32,000 nucleotides of DNA from an uncultured archaeon (GTDB lineage: Archaea > Asgardarchaeota > Thorarchaeia > Thorarchaeales > Thorarchaeaceae), in contig CAZYLT010000004.1 of the NCBI GenBank assembly GCA_964648855.1, positions 79,532 to 111,531 on the forward strand, read 5' to 3'. Every line of letters begins with the position of its first letter. Position 1 is the stretch's first letter. Under the pieces are notes generated by a model. That model had not been told where the DNA came from. It saw nothing but the letters and a program-made list of their open reading frames with translations, and searched no databases. Below are positions 9,873 through 18,224 of the stretch, one piece after another. The position numbers and the translations under genes are program-made.

Positions 9873-11171
9873 ATGATGGAATTCACCTTAGAAATAAACG
9901 ACCCAGTACATGGATTCATTGGTCTTACAGAACTAGAAACTAAAATCATTGATTCCGAACCATATCAAAGACTTAGGAGAATAAAGCAGCTTTCTGGAGC
10001 ACACTATGTATATCCTACAGCGGAGCACACTCGATTTGGCCATTGTATTGGGGCTATGTATTTGGCCGGACTAATAGGGAAACGCTTGTTGGGACAAATC
10101 GGTCTAGACGAAACGGCTATTCAAGAGGTACGACTTGCAGGCCTTCTTCATGATCTGGGACATGGCCCCTTTAGTCATGTGTTTGAGGAATCACTCGTTG
10201 AACGTCGGGAGTGTAACCACGAAGATGTCACCGAATGGCTCATCAAGAAAAGCGAAGTAAGCGACATAATCGAGGATTATGGCATATCCAGCAGAAGAAT
10301 TGCATCATTGGTTCGTGGGCGACGAGAAAGCAAGAAGGATAAAGTTGTAAGTAGCATTGCTGCAGGGCAAATCGATTCAGACAAATTGGATTACCTAATC
10401 CGTGACTCTTTCTATTGTGGTGTCAATTACGGTCTAATCGATATCCACAGACTCATCAATAGTATGGAGATATCAGATGACTATGATATTCAAATAGACC
10501 TTGCTGCGAGAGGGGCACTAGAGTCCTTCCTTGTTGCGAGATATGAGATGTTCTTGAATGTCTATTATCACAAGACCGTCCGCAGTGTTGAAGTCATGTT
10601 GATACAATTGATCAATGCGGCTGACAAAGCATTAGGATTTACGGACTTTTCTACTCCTGAAGAGTTCCTTTCTCTGGATGACATGTCTGTGGTATCGCGT
10701 GTACGGAAAATTGATCCCAGCTTATCATCCGATGCAGAGGAAGCATCAAAACTGATGACCGCACTGGATTCTCGAATTCTATACAAGTCAGCTTTTGAAA
10801 AGGTCCTACACACCGGAGACCAATTTGTATCAAAAGTGCTAACTAAGAAACGTGTTCGAGAGAGTATTCAAGATGAAATTGCAGCTCTTGCTGGCATTCC
10901 TTCCGATGAGGTCATCGTGGATGTGCCTACTCTCCCATCGGTACCATATAATCCTCATCAACTAGATCCCATGGAGATACAAATATTCGAAACGATTGAA
11001 AAAGAGCGGATTCCTCGCCGACTATCAGAATTCTCAAACATTGCTCAGATGATGAAAGTATATCTGGATGTCATTCGCGTTTATACCTTCGATCGTCATC
11101 GATTTGAGGTGGGTAGAGCATCTAGAGAGGTATTCCAAGAGGTACCAGATGCTGCATTGATTCATATGTAA
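9873..11171 (+). CDS. HD-superfamily phosphohydrolase (SAMHD1/dNTPase-like, COG1078 type)
   Basis: INDPVHG, QRLRRIKQL, YPTAEHTRFGH, LLHDLGHGPFSH, DSDKLDYLIRD, VYYHK; start 9873 or 9876. Confidence 0.92.
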   Translation: MMEFTLEINDPVHGFIGLTELETKIIDSEPYQRLRRIKQLSGAHYVYPTAEHTRFGHCIGAMYLAGLIGKRLLGQIGLDETAIQEVRLAGLLHDLGHGPFSHVFEESLVERRECNHEDVTEWLIKKSEVSDIIEDYGISSRRIASLVRGRRESKKDKVVSSIAAGQIDSDKLDYLIRDSFYCGVNYGLIDIHRLINSMEISDDYDIQIDLAARGALESFLVARYEMFLNVYYHKTVRSVEVMLIQLINAADKALGFTDFSTPEEFLSLDDMSVVSRVRKIDPSLSSDAEEASKLMTALDSRILYKSAFEKVLHTGDQFVSKVLTKKRVRESIQDEIAALAGIPSDEVIVDVPTLPSVPYNPHQLDPMEIQIFETIEKERIPRRLSEFSNIAQMMKVYLDVIRVYTFDRHRFEVGRASREVFQEVPDAALIHM

Positions 11172-11197
11172 TCACCAAACTACACTCGTAACCTGTG

Positions 11198-11215
11198 TGG
11201 AGATTATATACTCCA
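11198..11215 (+). promoter_or_regulatory. TATA box (TTATATA) enclosed by inverted repeat TGGAG-N8-CTCCA, promoter of the Roadblock operon
   Basis: TGGAG ATTATATA CTCCA, about 30 nt upstream of the first TTG of the operon. Confidence 0.5.
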
Positions 11216-11240
11216 GAACAAAACTCATCTCTGGATTGTT

Positions 11241-12206
11241 TTGATCCGGGGAATAATATTGACTAACGATCTCAATGACACCTTGCAGATCATTAAGATG
11301 ATATCCGGCGTAGAGAACGTCGTCTTGATTCAAAAAGATGGACTTCCGGTGGCAAGTGCTGGTGTGTGGTTTAGTAAGGATGAAGTCTTTGCAGTGGCCT
11401 CATCAACCGCAGCAATATTTGGCGTTGCCAAGCTTATTCATGGGAATTTCCAGTACCTATTAATGGAGTCTGATACATCCAAGGTGTTTTTGGCATCACT
11501 GCCTGATGCTCCGGATTTCTTTTTGGCAATAACAACAGCACCTAGGGTGAATCTGGCTGCTCTATTTATTGAAATGCGGGATAGCATGTCTCGAATTGCA
11601 TATCTCCTTCATCAGCATCTCGATGGGCGTCTTCCCCCTCTCCGATCATTCAATCAGCAGGAAACAAATGAAGTACTCAGTGGATTCTCAGTTGCGGAAG
11701 GCAAACAAACCCAATATGCCAGTTCACGCTCTGCAATCCAGCTTGACAGGTCGCAGGCATTGTCTCTCAGAGCCGTTTTGAGACAGGTCCACGATAGTAT
11801 TCCTGCAATTGAATCCGTATTCCTCTCTCTAAGCGGCGGAGTAAGAGTTTCTCTCGAAGGATTCACAAATGATCGAATGGCCGCAATGTCTTTCGCCTTG
11901 CACGATGCCTCTCAACGGGTCATTGCAACCCTGAGGAACAGTCGACTTCAAAATGTTCTGTGCGAAACTAATAATCTTCGACACTTCATCTATTCTGTTC
12001 CTCATGGAGTGTTTAGTCTATGGGTGACACGAGACAGTCAGAAGCTGGGACTAATGCGTCTTCTACTGAAACACTATATTTCAGAAACAACCCGTATTTT
12101 GGAATCTGCCGTTGTAACAGATCCTGGATTACCAGATGACCTTCGGGATTTAATTCTCTCGGGGGGCTCAGATAACAACTTAGTGGTCGCGAGGCGAGAA
12201 AAATGA
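11241..12206 (+). CDS. Tandem double Roadblock/LC7 (MglB/LAMTOR-like) domain protein
   Basis: Domain 1, aa about 9-123 (GVENVVLIQKDGLPVAS...VNLAALFIEMR), and a divergent domain 2, aa about 173-288 (IPAIESVFLSLSGG...AAMSFAL...KLGLMRLLLK), are joined by a linker of about 50 aa. Alternative TTG start at 11259. Confidence 0.85.
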   Translation: MIRGIILTNDLNDTLQIIKMISGVENVVLIQKDGLPVASAGVWFSKDEVFAVASSTAAIFGVAKLIHGNFQYLLMESDTSKVFLASLPDAPDFFLAITTAPRVNLAALFIEMRDSMSRIAYLLHQHLDGRLPPLRSFNQQETNEVLSGFSVAEGKQTQYASSRSAIQLDRSQALSLRAVLRQVHDSIPAIESVFLSLSGGVRVSLEGFTNDRMAAMSFALHDASQRVIATLRNSRLQNVLCETNNLRHFIYSVPHGVFSLWVTRDSQKLGLMRLLLKHYISETTRILESAVVTDPGLPDDLRDLILSGGSDNNLVVARREK

Positions 12207-13123
12207 CCTATTCCCTCTTGAAACTAATTGAGATGTTGGGTGACCAATTTCCTTCCATGCTAAACTCAATACTCAACAGAATACCAATTTTGGTTGTAGG
12301 GAGAGATAGCGAGATACTTGACGATTTGTCAGAGAGTCTTACAAGACTTTGTCCGCACCGTCACAAGCTAGTTTTTTGGCGTGAATTTACTTCTTCCGAT
12401 GAAATTACTTCGGTAATAGAAGAAGAAAAACACGACCATGAAGTTGCGAGAACGGTAGTCTGTTGCTTATCTTCGACCATTTCTCTTGCATTGGAACGGA
12501 TCCAGGATTTTACTGGCTGGATTATGGCCGCTTGTATAAGACAGGATTCCTATGCACATGCGATGACCGAATACCAGCTAGAGGAGATAGAAAAAAAGGT
12601 TGGGACCCCTACTAACAACGTTGGTACACTCCGAGTGGAATCCCCTTCGAGAATTCATTTTTCTTTGCTCAACCCATTGAAAAGCCAACTTGAAGTAGAG
12701 AGAAGAATCGTTGATATCATCCTTACAAGAAAGTCACAAGCTTTGGAGCGTATAAAGAGGCTACTCGGGAAATCATTGAGAGGCATTGAGCTTCCAAACG
12801 GGATGATGACGGCTGTTCTTCAGTTAGACGACGAAGCCGAAAAAATCACACAAGACATTTTTGAAGAAGAAATAAACAGTTTCGTCTATGCCGCACGCAG
12901 AGCAGTTACATTGCTATCGCGGATTCGTCTTGCTAGAGAATTGGGCGCATCAACTGTGTTGACAGAGCGAAACCTCTACGAGGCAATTGGTTTGGATTAC
13001 GGCGGGCTAAATGAATTAATACAATTCATTCACTCTGAATGGCATGAGGATTTTTCAGACTGCATTAAAGGGGGGTCCATTTCCGGACTAGGCGCGTGGG
13101 TTGACAGTATGTGGGGCAGCTAG
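12203..13123 (+). CDS. Uncharacterised protein with putative cDENN/folliculin-C-terminal-like domain
   Basis: Clear 306-aa ORF coupled to the upstream gene by an ATGA overlap. The N-terminus SLLKLIEMLGDQFPSMLNSILNRIPILVVGRDSEILDDLSESLTRLCP has the helix-helix-strand-helix-LxP pattern of cDENN cores. Confidence refers to the domain call. Confidence 0.6.
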   Translation: MTYSLLKLIEMLGDQFPSMLNSILNRIPILVVGRDSEILDDLSESLTRLCPHRHKLVFWREFTSSDEITSVIEEEKHDHEVARTVVCCLSSTISLALERIQDFTGWIMAACIRQDSYAHAMTEYQLEEIEKKVGTPTNNVGTLRVESPSRIHFSLLNPLKSQLEVERRIVDIILTRKSQALERIKRLLGKSLRGIELPNGMMTAVLQLDDEAEKITQDIFEEEINSFVYAARRAVTLLSRIRLARELGASTVLTERNLYEAIGLDYGGLNELIQFIHSEWHEDFSDCIKGGSISGLGAWVDSMWGS

Positions 13124-13135
13124 GAGGTATAAATT

Positions 13136-13717
13136 GTGATAGTGGACTATGGTAATCGAACAGTTGGATTAAAACTGGTATTTTTCGGACCTGCCATGAG
13201 TGGGAAGACTACATCAATACGCTGGTTGTTCTCAAGTCTAAATTTTGCTGACCGTTTGACATCAATAGAAAATACGGTTGGCCGCACCATGTTCTGTGAC
13301 TTTGGAACAATTCCCTTTTCTCTCGGTGATAGTTGGACAATTAACGCTCACATATGGTCAGCAACTGGACAAGACTTCTATCGTTCCACGCGGGAAGTTG
13401 TCCTAGTAGGCTCAGATGGAATTGTATTTGTGGCCGATTCGCAAAGGGACCTTCTAGATGAGAATTTGGCAAGCTGGAAGGAACTCACCACCTTGCTGGA
13501 TGAAGAAAATTCAGCAATACCAATTGTTGTTTGTTTAAACAAGCAGGACTTGCCTGATAGCATCGATGAAACCACCCTTCGCTCCCATCTTCGATTACCA
13601 GATTCAATTCCCGTCTTGGAAAGCATAGCAACGACGGGAGAAAAAATAATGGAAGCATTTCAAATCCTGTTTCATGGTGCATTAAGAGCTAATGTTCTCG
13701 TTAAACCCTTTCCATAG
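13136..13717 (+). CDS. mglA: MglA-family small Ras-like GTPase
   Basis: KLVFFGPAMSGKTT (G1), RTMFCDF (MglA RTxFxD with intrinsic Arg), ATGQ in place of DxxG, DGIVFVADS, NKQDLP (G4). GTG start follows a GGAGGT ribosome-binding site. Confidence 0.85.
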   Translation: MIVDYGNRTVGLKLVFFGPAMSGKTTSIRWLFSSLNFADRLTSIENTVGRTMFCDFGTIPFSLGDSWTINAHIWSATGQDFYRSTREVVLVGSDGIVFVADSQRDLLDENLASWKELTTLLDEENSAIPIVVCLNKQDLPDSIDETTLRSHLRLPDSIPVLESIATTGEKIMEAFQILFHGALRANVLVKPFP

Positions 13718-13819
13718 CGCTATCATCGTCCGAGTAACGATTACTTTATACGATGCGATAGAACTGCAAAATCAGTATTTGCCTACCTGTTATCGTAGTA
13801 CCATAGAGGCTATCCAAAA

Positions 13820-15487
13820 TTGAAATCTATAGATACTGATACAAGACTCGTCTTTGTTACTGGTGGTGTTCTTTCTGGAATTGGGAAGGGAGTCACAACT
13901 GCCTCTATTGCAAAATTGTTTCAGTTCCGTGGATATTCCGTTCGTATAGTAAAAATCGACCCCTATCTCAATATAGACCCTGGGACTCTAAATCCAATTG
14001 AACACGGTGAAGTCTTCGTTACTGATAAACCATGGACGTTTAGACCAGTTCCCGACTTTGAGTTCACAATCTCCGAAATAGACTTGGACTTTGGAACCTA
14101 TGAACGATTCACTGGGATTGAAGTTCACCCGTCGCAGAACATCACATCGGGACAGATTTACATCTCTGTTATTCTTGGTGAACGAAAAGGCACCTTTCTA
14201 GGGAAGACAGTCCAAATCATCCCTCACGTTACAAATCGGATTAAGGAGAGAGTGTGGGAAGTAGTATACCAAGAACCAACACCAGACATCCTGCTAGTTG
14301 AGATCGGTGGAACAGTCGGTGATATAGAGGCTATGCCCTTCCTCGAGGCGATTCGACAACTGGCCAGAGAGGTCGGGAGAGACAAGGTTGCATTTGTACA
14401 CGTGACTTTGGTCCCCTATCTGCCCTCAGTTGGAGAATTCAAGACAAAACCTACTCAACATAGTGTTCGTACAATGCAGGGATTGGGTCTCCAACCCGAT
14501 ATCATTGTATGTCGAGCCCAACAGGAACTAACTCCTTCAGCCGAAGGTAAAATTGCCCTTTTCTGCAATATTCCCGAAGAGCATGTTATCTCAAATCCAG
14601 ACATTCCGATAATATATCAGCTTCCGTTGTCATTTGAAGAACAACAACTGGGACAAATAGTTACTAGCCACCTTGGCCTAGATCCAAGGAAACCCGATAC
14701 CAGTTCTTGGAGAAACGTAGTAAATTCCTTTGAACAACTAGATGATGAAATTACTATTGCCATGCCAGGAAAATACACAATGCTGAGTGATTCGTATAAG
14801 AGCATAAACGAAGCACTTGCTCATGCAGGTGCCAAATGCAGTGTGGATGTTAATATCAAATGGATTGAAACAGAAGAGCGTTGCAATGTAGATTGCCTAC
14901 AAGAAGATCTCTCAGCTGTTGATGGAATATTGCTTACGCCTGGCTTTGGAGAGCGAGGCGTTGAAGGAATGATAAATGCTGCAGCCGTTTCAATTCTGTC
15001 TAAAATTCCCTTTTTGGGGATTTGCTATGGAGCACAGCTTGGAAGTATTGCATTTGCAAGATATGTGATGGGGTGGAAAGGAGCCCATACCACAGAAGTA
15101 GACGAAAACACACTCTATCCTGTGGTAGATCTGATGGATGAACAAAAAAACACCGAGGAAAAAGGTGGTACTATGCGACTGGGGGGGCATGAAGTGAAAA
15201 TCGTAGAAGGAACTAAACTCCATTCAATCTACGGCAAAACAAATACAAGAGAACGTTTTCGACATAGATACCACTTGATTGATAGATACATTAGTCGAAT
15301 GAAAGATGAAGGTATGAATATCTCAGCTCATGATATCAGTGGCAAAATCACAAATGCAATCGAACTTGAAAACCATCCATTTTGGATTGGAGTTCAGTAT
15401 CACCCTGAATTCAGGTCACAACCAGGAAATGCTCATCCTCTCTATCTTGGGTTAATAAGGGCTGCACAAGAATATAAGAAGAGATAA
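13820..15487 (+). CDS. pyrG: CTP synthase
   Basis: [52 protein letters not shown] and glutaminase triad GICYG/HPE; TTG start. Confidence 0.97.
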   Translation: MKSIDTDTRLVFVTGGVLSGIGKGVTTASIAKLFQFRGYSVRIVKIDPYLNIDPGTLNPIEHGEVFVTDKPWTFRPVPDFEFTISEIDLDFGTYERFTGIEVHPSQNITSGQIYISVILGERKGTFLGKTVQIIPHVTNRIKERVWEVVYQEPTPDILLVEIGGTVGDIEAMPFLEAIRQLAREVGRDKVAFVHVTLVPYLPSVGEFKTKPTQHSVRTMQGLGLQPDIIVCRAQQELTPSAEGKIALFCNIPEEHVISNPDIPIIYQLPLSFEEQQLGQIVTSHLGLDPRKPDTSSWRNVVNSFEQLDDEITIAMPGKYTMLSDSYKSINEALAHAGAKCSVDVNIKWIETEERCNVDCLQEDLSAVDGILLTPGFGERGVEGMINAAAVSILSKIPFLGICYGAQLGSIAFARYVMGWKGAHTTEVDENTLYPVVDLMDEQKNTEEKGGTMRLGGHEVKIVEGTKLHSIYGKTNTRERFRHRYHLIDRYISRMKDEGMNISAHDISGKITNAIELENHPFWIGVQYHPEFRSQPGNAHPLYLGLIRAAQEYKKR

Positions 15488-15489
15488 CA

Positions 15490-16644
15490 ATGGTCGAATC
15501 GGACATTGATGAAGCTCTTCGGATTCTAGTAAAGCAGATTTCACATATTGAGAACACGAAGAGAGGATTTGCTCATGCAATAAGGCAGATTCTACCAGCC
15601 ATTAATCTGAGCAAGTTTCCTTCCCTAGCGTCTGATTTTCTTGAACCCAGCTTGGTTTCCACTGTTTCTCCAACGAATCTTGCTGGTCTGAGGATTGCTG
15701 GCGTTGATGGTGGACTCATCAAAAAACGATATCAATCACTCGACTTAATAATGAAACGGGCTGTTGGTGTTGTGTTTTCTTTTCAAGCTGAAGAGGGTCC
15801 AGAGGTCGATTTTTACCCCTCTCCATTTCCAAATCCGGTTGTTAAGCCAATAATTACAACACTTCCATCAAACGAGTTGGACCAAATCGCTTCTCTGGAG
15901 CGGCTGCTGTCCGAATTAAGAACCACTATTGGCATAATAGATGAATACCATACTGACATAATCTTGCTCGACGGGAGCCTTCTCTTTCACCCCCATGATA
16001 GGCCTTCCAAGGAAACTCTCGCAAACGAAAAATTTCAGGAGGTTCTAGCTCTTTACAAGCAGATCTATAACAAGGTATCAAAAGGCACGACAACACTTGT
16101 TGGCGTCGTAAAGGACAGTCGTTCAAGGAAGTTCGCTGCCATGCTTGGAGAAGTATTGCCTCATATTCTCCGCAAGCCACAGAACTTCGAAAAAATGAAA
16201 GATATTGATTATCGTTGGCTCTTGAACATACTAAGAGACTGTGACATTTTGGGGTCATTTCTACAAGCTGGAGAGCGGTCGTGTATATTTCGCCATTCTC
16301 CGGAGTCTAATAACCACACGGTAGAAAAATCGCTGTCAAAGTGGACTTCATCAATCATGGTAACCTATCTCAAAACGGTATCAAATGACTTGCCCGTCCG
16401 TTTCGAAATATTGAGCAACCCGGATGAAGCTATAGCTGTTATGGATAAAGCACTGGCTGCAATTTTGCCTATATCCTCCCTTCATCAAGAATACGGCTTG
16501 CCTACTCCAATTGTTGAAGCTGATACCCGAGCACGCATTAGCAAACATGAAGCCGACATGGTTGTTGATAGATTGATGGCACTGAGTGGCTTAGCTTATG
16601 CAACACTTGAACGGAGAAGATCTCGAAACCCATTTGGAGGCTAA
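15490..16644 (+). CDS. nurA: DNA double-strand-break repair nuclease NurA
   Basis: AGVDGG, ILLDGSL, GVVKDS, YGLPTPIVEAD; directly upstream of herA. Confidence 0.9.
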   Translation: MVESDIDEALRILVKQISHIENTKRGFAHAIRQILPAINLSKFPSLASDFLEPSLVSTVSPTNLAGLRIAGVDGGLIKKRYQSLDLIMKRAVGVVFSFQAEEGPEVDFYPSPFPNPVVKPIITTLPSNELDQIASLERLLSELRTTIGIIDEYHTDIILLDGSLLFHPHDRPSKETLANEKFQEVLALYKQIYNKVSKGTTTLVGVVKDSRSRKFAAMLGEVLPHILRKPQNFEKMKDIDYRWLLNILRDCDILGSFLQAGERSCIFRHSPESNNHTVEKSLSKWTSSIMVTYLKTVSNDLPVRFEILSNPDEAIAVMDKALAAILPISSLHQEYGLPTPIVEADTRARISKHEADMVVDRLMALSGLAYATLERRRSRNPFGG

Positions 16645-16647
16645 CCC

Positions 16648-18159
16648 ATGACCCATGAAAATCCAACAAGATTAGGAACAGTTGTTTGCAGAAATGATTC
16701 TCCTAAAGTCAGAGGTTTTTCCTTTGTAATTGAGGGAGAATCAGGAGATACAATTGTACGTCGGGGTCAATTCGTTTCAGTTCCGTTTCAATCAGGAGTT
16801 GTTATTGCTCGTGTCAGCGAAATCATTCAAACCAATCGATATTTTCAGCAAGCCGAAGCTGTTCGAGAATATCAACTGAGAGGCGAACCACTCAGAAGTG
16901 TGTTTCCTACGGATCGGTGGCAGTATGCAGTGGCCGAAGCGCAAGTCCTTGGTTTCTGGGTAAATGAAAAGTCAGTGCGTGCAACCACAAGTGTTTCTCC
17001 TGGTGCAGTTGTGAGAACCATAGATGACCACATTCTATATAGATTCTTAGGTCTTGAGGGAGATGATGGACTCAATTTAGGCACACTGGTTCACCATGCT
17101 ATCAAGTTCAGTCCATCTGTTGACTCTCTCCTATCTAAGCATCTTGCAGTCTTAGCTATGAGTGGGGCAGGAAAGTCCTATTTCGTGTCTGTGTTGCTCG
17201 AAGAAATACTATCTCGCAAAAGGGATGAAGGGCGCTTGGCAACCATCGTTATAGACGTTCATGGTGAATATTCCTACCTTAAGGAGATTACAGCTCGGGA
17301 TTTGGGATTGGAAGAAGGTTCATTTGAGATAGAACACATTCGTGGGACCCATATTCAAATCCCCGTATCCTCTCTTTCAGCTGATGCAATTGGTTCATTT
17401 GTAGCAAGGATGAGTAGCGTGCAAAGACGTGAGCTGCGGAGAATAATCTCAAGTATGAGCAGCAGCTCCGATAGCTATAATCTCCGTGACATAATAGACG
17501 CGATTCGTAACGATCAGACTATCAATAAGAATACCAAAGAACCATTGATTGGTTGGCTAATTAATCTTGAAGACACTCATTTATTCGGGAAGGAAGGTGT
17601 TCCTCATCTTCCAAATATTATTAGACCTGGAAAAGTGACGATTGTCGATCTCAGCGATTTTATCAATCTTAAGAAGAAACAAATCATAGTTTCATATCTC
17701 GTTGGTGATTTGCTTTACAAGCGTCGCCAATCCATGATTCCGCCTTTTCTCCTTGTCTTGGAAGAGGCACACCAATTTTGTCCTGAGAGTCGACATGAAC
17801 TTGCCTTACCAAAAAGCAAGATAGAAACTATCGCACGAGAAGGTAGAAAATTCTTTGCACTCCTATGCTTAATTTCACAGAGACCGGTCAAGTTGTCAAC
17901 AACGGTCTTGAGTCAATGCAGCAACCAAGCAGTATTAAGATGTACAAATCCCTATGATCTTGAACATATTGGTCGTTCAAGCGAAGGCATTGATAGAGCT
18001 TCTTTGGATGCAATAACGACCTTAGACGTTGGAGAAGCACTTTTCATTGGCAACTCAGTAACAGTGCCAACTTTCGTTAAAATACGGAAACGGAAATACA
18101 ATCCTAGTGGAACAGAAACTACTTTGTCCGATGCCATTAGACGGGCAGATAAAGTATGA
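16648..18159 (+). CDS. herA: HerA DNA translocase/helicase
   Basis: N-terminal HAS barrel, HLAVLAMSGAGKS, DVHGEY, LEEAH, AREGRKF, SQRP. Confidence 0.93.
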   Translation: MTHENPTRLGTVVCRNDSPKVRGFSFVIEGESGDTIVRRGQFVSVPFQSGVVIARVSEIIQTNRYFQQAEAVREYQLRGEPLRSVFPTDRWQYAVAEAQVLGFWVNEKSVRATTSVSPGAVVRTIDDHILYRFLGLEGDDGLNLGTLVHHAIKFSPSVDSLLSKHLAVLAMSGAGKSYFVSVLLEEILSRKRDEGRLATIVIDVHGEYSYLKEITARDLGLEEGSFEIEHIRGTHIQIPVSSLSADAIGSFVARMSSVQRRELRRIISSMSSSSDSYNLRDIIDAIRNDQTINKNTKEPLIGWLINLEDTHLFGKEGVPHLPNIIRPGKVTIVDLSDFINLKKKQIIVSYLVGDLLYKRRQSMIPPFLLVLEEAHQFCPESRHELALPKSKIETIAREGRKFFALLCLISQRPVKLSTTVLSQCSNQAVLRCTNPYDLEHIGRSSEGIDRASLDAITTLDVGEALFIGNSVTVPTFVKIRKRKYNPSGTETTLSDAIRRADKV

Positions 18160-18224
18160 TAATCAACATGTACCACTACGTAATTCTGATATGCAAATCT
18201 TCCTTAGCTATAGAATAATAGATT

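Noticed and set aside
11211-11225. ORB-like origin elements (also GAAAC...GGGG near 18889-18904 and the region upstream of DP1)
   Set aside because: Only partial matches to TCCAxxGGAAAC plus G-string, single copies, no cdc6 in the window and no large AT-rich unwinding region.
14027-14074. pyrG insertion as an mRNA BHB intron
   Set aside because: It is in frame, has no stop and shows no recognisable bulge-helix-bulge pairing; removal would not restore the DG motif.
15490-18159. HerA-nuclease pair as an antiphage system
   Set aside because: Both proteins look like canonical archaeal NurA/HerA in a housekeeping context, with no Sir2/DUF4297-type partner.
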